This document shows, one piece after another, positions 1-13,010 of a DNA stretch of 48,545 nucleotides (position 1 is the stretch's first letter; every line of letters begins with the position of its first letter). Source of the DNA: Seison nebaliae (lineage: Eukaryota); the NCBI GenBank assembly GCA_023231475.1, contig JALJEE010001426.1, positions 62,001 to 110,545 of the forward strand. The letters are read 5' to 3'. The notes below the pieces were generated by a model. That model was not told the origin of the DNA. It made no database searches and was given only the letters and a program-made list of their open reading frames with translations. The position numbers were made by a program, and so were the translations under genes.

Positions 1-1564
1 TTTTAATAAATGATAATAGTACACTTGTAAAGTTACTTATTTTCGTTGACCTTTCGTGATAGGTCCTTCCAATATATTCTACATCAACTTTTCCATTTAT
101 AAACAATATTTTAAATTTACTTTCAAATAAGTTCCAATTGATGTCAATATGTCGAGAAGATGTTAATAAAATTGATTAGTTGCAATTCATGTCGTATAAT
201 TTAGATATTGAAGGGGTCAAGTATTTAATTGATTATTTCCTCATTTCCTCTCCAACATTCGTCCGTCCATATTATTATTGGAGGAGGGATTATATATATA
301 TCCATTTGTCTGTTAATACTATTGGAATCCAATCACTTCTCACATCCATTGCACACATCGACACGAATTCATTCAGTTGAAAGCGATTGAATAGATATTA
401 ATATAATTGTTATATAATCTTTCCCTTCTTCCCAATATATATGCACATATATATACATCGATCATTATGTCACTTGATTGGTACAGGAGAGTACACATAC
501 GTGGAACGTTAAAAGAGAAAAGAAAAGTGGGAAACGTAGATGATTTTTTTGGAACATTTTCATATGAAAAATGAAAGAATAATAATAGAATGAAATTATT
601 CCTTGACAACTTATATTTGGGAGGAGAATTTATTAGTTGTAGTCACTTTCTTATCAATAACAAAAGTCCAATTAATAAACACATTCATTTCTCACATGAA
701 AAACTAACGACTTGACACAGGAAAAAAGTTTATTAGGTTAGAAGTTGAAGAATTAATAAATAAATAAATAGACATTACAATTATCCATCCACAATGACAA
801 TAGTTATTTATAAGCTTTTCTCCATTTATTTTAACGCAACAAAAGAAGGTATAATAATCGTATATGAATGTTACAAACTATTCCGATTCTTCCCATTCCT
901 CAAATAACAGGACCGACGGAGAATTATCTTTAAAATGCCTTTCATTATGTTCTCCTTTCTACATTTCTAAAAGAACAAATTCATCATATTTCTATACTTT
1001 CCTAAAAGACATCAAGTGCACTTCCGATTTGTTTCGTTTATCTTCGTTCTCTTCATCTCTAATATCATGAACATTGTTCTACTTTTCCCGTATTTTCTCG
1101 TCCATTCTTTTTTTCGTCCATCTCCATTGAAAATTAATCAGCATTCTTCAATAAATTATTTAAAACTTTCATTTTAGTTATACAAAAACAAATTCCGAAG
1201 AAATTTAGTTGGATATGTAAAAGATTTTAGCATAGAACTGACGTTTTTCTCCAACTGATTTCAAAAAAGCCATATAAAATGTTTGTAAAAGTGATGTACG
1301 TTTTAAGAAGAAATATTCGGAAACTTTTAAAAAAAAATTTTTCGAATTTATTTTCGTTTTAAAAATTTTTGTTTTTGAAATGAAATTGAAGTTAGAGAAG
1401 TTTGAAGGTGTTCTGATGAAAGTTTTTTTTCCTATAAATTATTTATAACATTCACAAAATTTCATTCCATTAACTCGACTAACAATTGTTTGGAATAATT
1501 TCATGGATAGATCAGATTTGTGAAAGGTACAGTGCAAAGTGGCGTTTCTCGTTTTGTGGGAAGG

Positions 1565-1598
1565 ATGAAAACTGAAGAAAAGGAAAAGGCGAAACCAA
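1565..1598 (+). CDS. Probable upstream coding exon of the SLC4 gene (MKTEEKEKAKP)
   Basis: ATG at 1565, phase-1 GTTAGA donor at 1599, matching the phase-1 acceptor (ctaatttgtcag) ending at 3266. No homology support. Confidence 0.45.
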
Positions 1599-3266
1599 GT
1601 TAGAATTAATTTTCTTATATTACTTTTTCACCGAACGAATCATTCATTATCCATTTATTGGTTCTTTTGGGGCGAAAGGATAAATAAATAATAATTTCTA
1701 CTGTGAATAATCAGGGGAAAAGTGAGACAACGAAAGAAGAATTCCATAAGAGAAAAATGTTTCTTATAAACTAAAAAATAAATGTGACTTGAAATAATGG
1801 ACTTCATCTGCTTGTTTACTGTCATATGAGATTGTATTGAGAGATTCGGATGAATTGAATGTAGGACAGTTAGAAAGATGAATTATGTACTTACTCATTC
1901 CGACTAATTGAGTAGATATTTGAAGTTGGATGAATTTCTTCCCACATCTATTCCACGAACAATAACGAAATGACATAAAAGTAGTATGTGAAGTGAAATA
2001 CATTTATTTACTTTAAGGTGGTTCTGAAAATTATCTTATTAATTTAATTTTAATTTTATTAGACATTTACTCCCCTCTAATATTTGTGGTGGAGTTGAGG
2101 ATTATGTCATCTTAATTTTCATTATGTTCTTTCTTCCCACTCAATTGGAAACGATGATGGGTATCCATGTTTACTGGTTAATTTGAAAGAATAATATTTT
2201 TGGACCTTCTGATGACGTACATCAATACGGAATGAGAATTGTTATGCATTCCCCAAATTCATTCTTATGCAAATTATTATTATACGTTTAGATGGACGGA
2301 GTGTGTACATTTGTGTGTGTGTATGTGTGTGTAAAGTTGAAATAGAGTCTAATTTGAAGGATAATGCCCAGAGAAGTAGTTGATTAAGATATTGCATGAA
2401 AAATGAATTACCAACATGAAAAGGTTAAACACAGGTTATAGAACATATACTTCCATTGTGTTCATATCTGAACTTACGAGTTTCAGATGAGAAGAGCTAC
2501 ATAGAAGAAGGACAATTCCAATAGTAAACACATTAGATTCATGTAATGCTTATTTCGATAGTTTTCATGTAATAATTCAAATTGTCGATTTGTCCATCTT
2601 ATATCGAATTTGGAAAGTTGAGTTAATATAATCAGGTTCGATTCATATGAAATATTATTACTGAAATTATTAAATTGACGCTCAATAAATTGCAAGTAAT
2701 ATATGTACATGATCATAATTATCGTATATATTGTATTCAATTCCATTTTACAAGGAGAATTATGTCCGTCTAATAATTGTTTCTTTCCTAAAGATAAGAA
2801 TAGAATAGAATAGATATGATTTTTAGACGGATTATTTTGTATAAAAAATCATTAGAATTTTTTGCTTTTCTCGTTAGTAGCGGATTGATATTGGAATGCT
2901 ACAAGGCTATGTTGGAAGACAATCATAATTATCATATTAGAATATAAGTGTAAGTGAAAGATCCGTTCCAAATTATTTATTTATAAAGAAGTATTCGTTG
3001 ACAATTAATTTATTTTTATTTCTCTCTCGTTGTCCATTTCGTTTCCCCAATGTGAGTGACGAGTCAATCTTCTTAACTTTTTTTTTCTGACTCAAATGAT
3101 AAGTTTAATTATTCCATTCGAATGAGAAGTGTCTCGTTGTTGTCCAACTAGGCACTGTCTATTAATCGTAAGATTTAGTTTGTTCAAACATATTTCAAAT
3201 TCTTTCGATTCTTCTCTCTCATTCGTTATCTCTATTTCTCTTTTTCTCTCTATTCTAATTTGTCAG

Positions 3267-6200
3267 ACGAAGAGGACGAAGGGAAAATGGATAATTTCGA
3301 GGATGAAACAAAAATTGGTCCACCTTCCATCGAATTCGAGAGGAGAAACGTTTCAAAACATCAGGTGAAATTTAATACGTCGGTCGAAGAGATCGACAAG
3401 GATGAAGGAGAAGAAGGAATCACCTTCGACGTGGAGATGTCACAAGCAGCTCGTCAACGAACCAAGAGTGTCGCATACGTCGACTTACATCTAAAGCCTC
3501 ATACGATGTTCTGTGAAATGGATGTGTTCAGTAAAAATGAATGGAAAGAAGTGGCGAGATGGGTGAAATTCGAGGAGAATGTAGAATTGAGTGGGCGTTG
3601 GTCGAAACCGCATGTGGCTACCTTGTTCCTTTCGTCCGTCTTTGAAATGCGTTATTGTTTCGAGAAAGGTGCCTTACTCCTCGATAGTGAAGCTGAGACG
3701 ATTGATGATATCACCGAAGAGATTATGGACGTATGGGCGGCAAAAAAGTTGCTCAAAGCAGAATATCGAGAACCGATTAAAGAGTTGATGATGAAGAGAC
3801 ATATTCATCAACACGAGAAAGAATATAAGAAAGTTTTAGAAAATGAATCTGGTGAAAAAAGAAGTTTGATAATTTTAAAAATAAATTATTTTTATTTCAA
3901 CTTTAACAGCTACTCATCATCCTCATCTCTTTCATAAACATGATAAACATAACGATCATACGGATCGAGGAAACAGTTCAACGGCCATCACCAAAATGGC
4001 TGATCACAATAAATCAACAGCAAGTTAGTTTCTCTTTATTTCCCTTTTTCACCTGGTCATTGTTTGGTATTGTTGATTGTGGTCAATTTCATATATTTGA
4101 TTGAGTTCAACTTAACATCAATAATAATATCTCGTTTTGAAGTGAATGATTAGTGAAATAAATATTGATAATATTAAACACTTTTCTTTATTTAATTCAA
4201 TCACTTCATCACATTCATTTTCTTCATTATTCTAATCTCTCAATCATTTAATCATCAATAATTTTGTTTGTTCTTCACCATTTTAGATAAATTAAAAGAT
4301 ATTCCGGCATTAGGTATCGATTATTGTATTCTTATCATTTAGTTCTATCTGCTGAGAGAGAGATATATTTGTCATTCATTATTTCTTTTTTTTTTTCTTC
4401 CTTTCTTCCTCAATTTGAAAAGAACATTCTCGATTTCTATCAAATTCCTAAGTTTTAATCTTCCATTCATATAATCTCTAATCAAACTCTAGCACACTTC
4501 CACAATCTTCTCTTCTTCCTCTCTTCTTTCAATTGTAAATCTAATTTCTTCTTTCAATTTCTGATCGTTAGTGCGCAATCATACGACTATTGGAATCGCT
4601 AACATTGTAGCAGATTCATTGAAAGGTGGTGAATCCAAATCAAAAGTTAGATCATCAACTCAATTTTTTTTGCAATATTTTCATTTGAGAAAAATCTCTT
4701 CCTTTGTCAGTTATTGTGAATTGACAATTATATTTTATCCATTTCATATTTTTTCTATTATTTCATCTTCTCCAAATCTTCAAAAAAAAATACATACACA
4801 CTGAATCAAAGGGATTATCAGAAGAGAATCATGGGAAAAGTAAACATTCAAAAGAGAAGAATCTTCATTTGAACACTCATTTACAACCGGAAGATTCTTC
4901 GGCCTCCCTACGACATCACAGTCGACCATCGTTTTCAGATCTTATGCATCATTTCCATCTCCATCATAATACAAGCAACTCACAAGTATGTATTACTCCG
5001 TTTGTGATGTTTGTGATGTCTCCATCAATCTTGTATGATCATCTACTAATGTAGCACGTATTCTTCTTCGTAGATTGATTTATTGTGATTTATTCTCAAC
5101 AATTCCATTGTTCGGTGGCTTATTTTCCCCTCCAACTTTCTAGTTATGTGAGTTCTCGCTTCTTTTTCTTGGATGAGGAATTAAATCATTTTATTGTAAC
5201 AATTCTAATTAATTTCTCAACTAATTCACTTTTGCTCCCACTTTCTATATTGTCTTTATATCATTGTATTCAATGATCATACCAGTTTAACTCATCTAAC
5301 GGTAACATTTGATGATTTCTTTCTTTCAAATTAATTTCACAAATAATTTTCTTCTAAACGTTAATCTGAAGTTTTGAGAAATTTCAAATGTGCTCGAAAA
5401 GTATTTGTGGGAATGATCTAATTAAATTTCTTTATTTCATTTTTATTCTTTTTTCAGTTCAATGAACCGTTTATGAAAAAATTGAAGAAAGATTCGGAAG
5501 CTGCGAACATCTTAATTGGAGAATTGAAAGAATTGAAGGATACATATCTCGTTGCATTTATTCGATTGAAAGAAGCACAAAACTTACCCGGTCTAACTGA
5601 AATTCCCATACCAACTCGTTTTATGTTTATTCTCTTGACACCGATTGGAAAAGAGAAACAATATTTCGAATTAGGACGAGCTGCTTCCACTCTTTTAAGT
5701 GATGCTTTATTCATCGATATAGCTTATCAAGCCACTTATCGGAAACAAATTCTGGCTGGTATCGATGAATTTCTTGGTTCTTCTATTGTATTACCACCAG
5801 GCGAATGGGATCCAGAGAAAAGAATCGAACCGCCAGATAATCTACCAGAAAGATATGAAAGATTAAAAGACATTCTTCACAATTTCACTTCAGCTGATAC
5901 GAAATTAATGCACAACAATTCTTCTGCAGCTTTTGAAAAAAGTTATGGAGCAGGTGGTACTGGTGATGGTGGTAATCCAGATGATGATGATGATGATCCA
6001 CATCGAAAGAAGAATGGAAAAGTCTTCGAGAGTAAAGAGGAAGAAGACGGTCTAGTAAGAACTGGTCGTTTTGCTGGTGGATTGATTGATGATATTAAAA
6101 GAAAAAAAGAATTTTATTGGTCCGATTTCCGTGATGCACTTTCCATCCAAACAATTTCCACAATCATCTTTATGTATTTCGCTTGTTTGGCACCGATCGT

Positions 6201-8364
6201 TACGTTCGGTGGTTTGATGGGTCAAGAAACAAACAATTATATGGCAGCAATTGAAAGTTTAGTGGCTGGTGCATTATGTGGAATGGTTTATCATATGTGC
6301 TCCGGTCAGCCGCTTACCATTCTTGGCAGTACCGGACCGGTTCTTGTATTTGAATCGATTATTTATAGATTTACACATGACGTCGGACTTGATTTTCTCA
6401 GTTTCCGCTGTTGCATCGGTTTATGGTGTATGGTTATATTATTGGTAATCGTATTGACGGATATGTCTTATTTTGTGAAATATATTACAAGATTTACGGA
6501 AGAAAGTTTCGCCACATTAATCGCATTAATTTTTATAAAAGAATCTTTAAAGAAATTAATTCATATAAATGACGATTATACTTTCCATATTAACACCATC
6601 GCTCATGACGGAATTACACCTCATAATATTGATTCGGAATATAATGGGCTTGATATAAATGGAACATTAAGTCGTGCTCGCCGATCAGCTACTCCAATGC
6701 AATTAAATTGTACTTGCTCTTATCTCAATTACACAACAAAAGATTCATGTTTAGAATCAGGAGCCGAATGGGAATGCGTAAAAGTGAAGAATTATGTACC
6801 CGATATCTTTCTATTCTCTTGTGTACTTTTCGCTTCAACTTATTTCATTTCCGTCATATTGAAAGGAATGAAAACATCTCGAATGTTTCCACAAGCTGTT
6901 CGAAATTGTATTTCAAATTTTGCCGTTGTCATAGCAATTGGAGGGAATGTATTATTCGATGCATTAGTTGGAATAAACACACCAAAATTACTCGTTCCTT
7001 CCACTTTCCGTACTACTCGTCGAGATAGAAATTGGTTAATTAATCCACTTGGCAAAAATCAATGGTGGTCATGTTTGGCTGCCATAATTCCTGCATTATT
7101 GCTCACAATTCTCATTTATATGGATCAACACATTACTGCAGTTATAGTGAATCGTCGTGAGAATAAATTGAAGAAAGGAAGTGGATATCATTTGGATTTG
7201 TTGTGTGTCGCTGTTTGTATCGGAATATGTTCATGTTTCGGAATTCCATATTTCGTAGCAGCAACCGTCATTTCAATTAATCATGTTCTCAGTTTGAAAT
7301 TGGAGAGTAAATGTGCAGCTCCTGGTGAGAAACCACATTTTACTGGTGTCATCGAACAACGTGTTACAGGTGTTATTGTTTTCTTGTTCATCGGTCTCTC
7401 AGTCTTCCTCACTCGCATTCTATCAGTTTATTTTAAAATTTTTTTTTAAATAATATTTCTTTTTTAAATTAGTATATTCCGATGCCCGTTCTATATGGTG
7501 TCTTCCTTTATATGGGAACATCATCATTAAAAGGAAATCAAGTTAAAATTCTCATCAATTATTTTCCTTTTATAATTTTTTATTCAAATTTAGTTATTTG
7601 ATCGTATGAAACTCTTTTTCATGCCGACCAAATATCAACCCGATTATATTTATTTGAGACATGTAACTCTGTCTCGTGTTCATTTATTCACTGGAATACA
7701 ATTGGCATGTTTAGCCATCTTATGGACTGTCAAATCATTCCATACATCGTCAATTGCATTTCCTCTTATGGTTTTGGCATTAGTTGGTGTTCGGAAACTA
7801 CTCGACTACTTTTTCACATTGAATGACTTGTCATATTTGGATGATGTGATGCCAGAACAACATAAATTAGAAGACGATGATTTAGAACCAGAAAATTCTA
7901 CAAATAGTATGGTTAGAGAAATTGTTTTGAATTATTTTAAGTGATTATTATATTTTATTAGCCAATCGATTTGAGACATGTGGTGGTGGGTAGTGGATTA
8001 TATGACCGAGCGAAAACTAATTTACCATTTGTCGAAGTAGAACAATCAACACCGAAACAATCAAGGTTTTTATTTTCATATTCATTTCTATTAATTGATT
8101 TCATTATTTGGAAGATTAATGTCATTCCGTGGTAATCTGTTGCAACGGATGAGACGTACAAGTACAGCGGAACCGGTCGTTGCTGTGAAAGGAACAGGAG
8201 GAAAAAGGAAACAACGAACGAATACTATCGATAATGCCACCACACTCAATTGGGGAGGACAGATTGACGAGTCTGTTAATAAACCATTAATCGCAACAAA
8301 TTCTCCACCTAACACTTCCATTGGACGACGAAGATTCGGTTCAACCGATGGTAGTCATGTTTAA
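3267..8364 (+). CDS. SLC4 family Na+-coupled bicarbonate transporter (NDAE1/NBC-like). Exons 3267-3851, 3910-4023, 4287-4313, 4572-4645, 4812-4985, 5458-7425, 7473-7541, 7594-7910, 7962-8065, 8115-8364; probable upstream exon 1565-1598
   Basis: Motifs [72 protein letters not shown] and (spliced) [15 protein letters not shown]; four Cys in the third extracellular loop typical of Na+-coupled SLC4s. All introns GT-AG and phase-compatible; ends ...GSHV*. Confidence 0.95.
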
Positions 8365-8955
8365 ATAATAATTTGAATTGTTTTCAACTGATCTCTATTG
8401 GGAGAGATCGATTAGGATATATTGATGGACGCGTAATCAGTTTAAATCCATTAAAAATTGAATTTTATAATAGTTCTAGTTTTATTTCAATGAAAAGACA
8501 AATTATCGAAGAAGAATTTGTTTATTTTAGTTCAATTTCATTTTCAAGAATTTCATTCGTTTTCTCTTTTATATTATTTCGATTATTATGAATCTTGTAT
8601 GCTTTATTCTATTTTCCTCATATACTTTCACCATTTTCTTCTAATTCTTTTATGGTAAATAAATTTAAAGATTCACTAACTTACAAGTAGACTTGTTAGA
8701 GTTTGAATGACATTGAAAGATATTTAAAATAATAATATATATCTTGGATTATTATTCCATCATACAATTTCGATTTATAAATCAATTTTAAATATTTTTT
8801 CTGGAAAAAGTTACAAACGATCCTCAGCATTCTTTAATACGTTTCCGTATTAGAGGTCGGTGAACAATCTATTCGATACTTAATCGTTAGATATCTTTAA
8901 ATTCGTTAGAAAGATTTATATAAATTGTAAATTGAAACTTTCTAACTAAATTCTC

Positions 8956-9507
8956 ATGAGAAAAATGAGGAAGAATTGTGTATTATTTTTCGCATTTTTT
9001 TCCATTTGCTCTTTCAGTATTAGCGAATACATGGGTAAACATGGTGGAAAGATTCTCGGTGATGTTTATTTTCATTTTGCACAGTACAAAACTATTGAAC
9101 CATTTGATCAATTTCCATCGATTTGTGAAATGATTATACCAAATTCACATGAACTCAATTATATCGATGAAGAAATTGGAAATATTTTGAAAAATTTTAC
9201 AGATCAAAATTTGACATTCGCTTTAAACACTAAAGTTATTGGAGGAGATGTTTATTATAATACATCGGATGATATACGAGTAACAGAAACATTATTTTTA
9301 ACCGTTCCTACTGACACGTTAAATTTAACTGATCATCAATGCATTCTCAATTCTGACAATATGTTGACGGTGCAGAATTGCACAGACTTCCAACCATCTG
9401 TATTATGTGTTAAACAGATGAACAAGAATGAATTGACTAAAATAAATATGTTTTTTGAGACTGATATAGGACCAGTGAAAAAAACTCCACCAAATGCTAG
9501 AAGTTAA
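8956..9507 (+). CDS. Small intronless secreted protein, possibly a divergent C-type-lectin-like fold
   Basis: Signal-peptide-like N-terminus (CVLFFAFFSICSFSIS); four mature-region Cys with terminal C-x12-C-x8-C spacing reminiscent of CTLDs. The fold call is inference. Confidence 0.55.
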   Translation: MRKMRKNCVLFFAFFSICSFSISEYMGKHGGKILGDVYFHFAQYKTIEPFDQFPSICEMIIPNSHELNYIDEEIGNILKNFTDQNLTFALNTKVIGGDVYYNTSDDIRVTETLFLTVPTDTLNLTDHQCILNSDNMLTVQNCTDFQPSVLCVKQMNKNELTKINMFFETDIGPVKKTPPNARS

Positions 9508-12500
9508 TTTCTTTCGTATATTTCTTTATTTGTTCCTTCCATTATAGCTAAATTGTTACACAGAAATATTAAAGATCCACAGAGTTTTTTCCAGAGAGTC
9601 GGAGAATATTTAGATTTCCAATAAACTGAAACAACAAGAACAACGACAAGAACATGAACAACAACAATTGAGTTACAAGTCCATTCTTCCCATTCAATGG
9701 AATAAATGAAATTGAAAGAAGAGAAATAAATTAAATTTTCCGACACATTTCACTATGAAGTACATTGAATAATAAAATTTTTCGAATTATCGTGTTAAAG
9801 ATGTTTCAAGTGGAAAAAGAATTTTCCTTCGGAGATGCGGCGAGAGAAGTCATTGACCGATATCCTGTTATTGAAAAATATTGATGTTCGAATTGATTAG
9901 TTTTGTTCGTTCTGTTTCTGTTGGCACTTTTAATGATTCAAATATGAGTGTCGAATGTTCGAAGGAATTTATTATATTTTCATTGATAATAGAATGAGAT
10001 CGATAGACATCAGATGGTAGACAGAGAGAATTTAATGAATCGTACACAGTTACGTAATCCGAAAATGAAAGCATTGAGACTGGTACAGATAGGATGTTGC
10101 TGATATAATAGAGAAGTGAGAAAGAAAATTATGGAATAATTATTAAACATTTTCTGTTCAGGCGAACGAGCCCAACTCTATAAAAAGGGAAACAGAGATA
10201 ATTTTTCATTTCCTTCATATTTATGAAGATAGATGACGATTGTATATAATCCATATTTGTGATTAATTGGGTGATTGATATAAATCAGGAAGAATTAAAT
10301 GAACTTTCATGCGAATCGATAGTGGATGTGTCCCCAATATATTCCCTTTTTTCCTTTTTGATTAATATCTATTTTTCATATTCACTTGCACAATTCACTT
10401 GTATGTTATCGTTACCAAATACTTACTCACTGCCAATTTCTCCTTAATTATTCCATAGAAATGTAATCTAATTAAATTACTTCTTATATGTCTCCTCAAT
10501 AGTTTCTGTGAGAGAATATATATGTCTGCACAGATCATTACTAATTTATTTTAATTATCCATCACGTTAACGGTAGAAATCGCTACAAAATAAATTTCCA
10601 ATCTATTTCCTGTTCCTATTCAAGTAAATATTTAAAATCAATATGCTCCCATAACTGGAACGTTATTCAGTTAATGATGCAATAGAAATGTTCAGTTTTC
10701 AATGCACAATATATAAGAATTATCGTTGAAAACAAATGTTAAAAGAAGGAAATGTTCCGAAAATTTCAAAAAGTCATATCAGCGAAGTTCATTCAATCAA
10801 ATAACAAACTAAATATCATTCAAACGAAATTTGTCTCAAATCGTATCAAATTGTTATTTATGTTCGTTGGTAGATAAGTGTTTTCTCCTATTTCCTTCGC
10901 CGTTTTAATAAGATTATACCTACATATAGTTGATTATATCAAATTAGCAAATGTAAATAAATTTTTTTCCGTTTCAAAATGAAATTAGTATTGACCAATC
11001 TGTATAATTGGAAAATAACTGCAGCGAAATTGTTTTTTTACGGAAAATTATCAGAAGGACAACATATTAAATAGACATTTTCTCCATTTTTAAATTGTTA
11101 CATGTTCCGCTCTTAATGCACTTAACCGAATATTATATAATTTTAATAGATCTTCTCTTATATAAATGTTCTGATTGGAAATTAATAAAAATATACTTAG
11201 GACTGATATGAAGAACGTTTCCAATTGGCAATCAGTGAGACGAGACAGTTTCTAATAAATATTTATATTCTTGCAAATTATTGTTTTTACGTTGTTAAGA
11301 ACGTTGTTTTCAAATCCAATTTAAATACCATTTCCTCAATTTCCATTTACTCAATTCCGAACTATAAAACTAATAACGGAGAATATGCTTCAGATTCTAA
11401 AGTTTAGAATATTATTTTCCCGTTAGAATCATATTATGTTCGAATGATAAACCGTCACTGTCAATTTTATGCAATAACTTTCACTAACGAAGAATGATAG
11501 AAGAAAATTCATGTTGGAAAATTGTCCGTCGTTCATTTTAAGTAGCATAGATGATGACCTTATTGTTTGAGTTGGAGTATGAGCGAACATTGATAATCTA
11601 CAATAATTATTAATTATTTATGAGGAATATACAAAATATGAATATGCCTAATAATATGCACAACGCTGATTACATTTCTTTAACATATAACATACTTAAA
11701 TTGTAGAAGGTAATTGACAGACAGTTCATAAATATAAATTGTCCATATCCTTAAATGAATTCACCTTAATTAGTTTGGTTGTTCAAATCGAAGTAATGTA
11801 GAAATTCCATAATTCACAAATGATAAGGTATCAGTAGTCGTATGCTTTAGGTGGGTCTTTCAGTAATTTTCATCATCAATATCTTTATTCTCAAGATCAT
11901 CAGGTTTGGAAGACTATCAATTTTTTTAATGTTCTTCCTTCATTTCTAGCAGTTGTTTGAGTGGCAGTTGATTGATAGTTTTCTAAAGTAGATTTCTTTT
12001 CTTATCCTCTCCATGTGTCGTGTGTTTGTGAATTGAATAAGTATCTCGAGGACATAATACATGTTCAAAAAATTATTTGTGCATTATGTTTCCTTTTCAT
12101 ACGTTCGGATGATAATACTTTATGTCTACCTATTAGAAGTTGACACAAAAATGGAACACCTTTTGTTCGGAAAATTAATGTTATATAACTTTGTCTTGTT
12201 AAACTAAACTTATAACAGAGTTCTTTCTTCCAAAACAATTCATATTCAAACGGTGAAAAATTAATTCAGGAATTCTAATGATACCTTAATTATTTGCTAT
12301 CATTCCTATTGTTAAACTTATCATCAAATATGATGAGTCCATTCAATTTGAAAATTTTTTGGCTGATTTGATATCTAACAAAATCGAATTGTTTTCTTTA
12401 CATCTTAACTATTTTTAGTTAAATTGATATAAAGCGACTATCTTTATGAGAGACAAAGCCTGTAAATATGTAAAACTATGAAACTTTTCAGTTTATCGCA

Positions 12501-13010
12501 CATCAATCTAACTTGTCACATCAAATATTTTATCATTATTAATATAATTATACTTATTAATTAATTGTTAACAACAATTTCAACTTGGTAATTTTATTAT
12601 TATTAAATTAACTTTCCCAAAATTATTCTAAAAGCTTGATAGGACGTCAAGTGATGGATATGTAAATGGAGAGTTGAATGATTGTTTCTTAAACGCTGAA
12701 GGAAATACTTCAAAAAAAACATCCAACATCATGTAACGTTTGACCTTCCTATGTTTGTGTTTCATCATGTGATTATTCGAAAGTTTTCTCTTCTCTAATC
12801 ATCGTTCTTAGCATCATAAAAGTCTAGAGTTAGGAAAATTAAAAATGACAAATATATAGAATAACAATTATTTTTGATCTCTTTCTTTTTTATTTACAAA
12901 CATAATTTTATTCTTTCTCAAAATTTTATATAATCATTCGACTAACTTTAGTTCTTCATAAATAGATTGTCTTGAATATTTTGAAGAAAAGTGTCTTATT
13001 ATTGGAAAGC

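Noticed and set aside
1..1140. Short ORFs at the window start
   Set aside because: AT-rich, no motifs and no consistent exon chain on either strand.
1380..1510. Further upstream SLC4 exon (MKLKLEKFEGVLMK) with intron 1422-1510
   Set aside because: Frame-compatible but has no homology support and could arise by chance.
9790..10310. Possible small spliced minus-strand gene (GTT intron near 10100-10150)
   Set aside because: Splice-like signals exist, but every frame gives a short unrecognisable peptide; cannot support a CDS.
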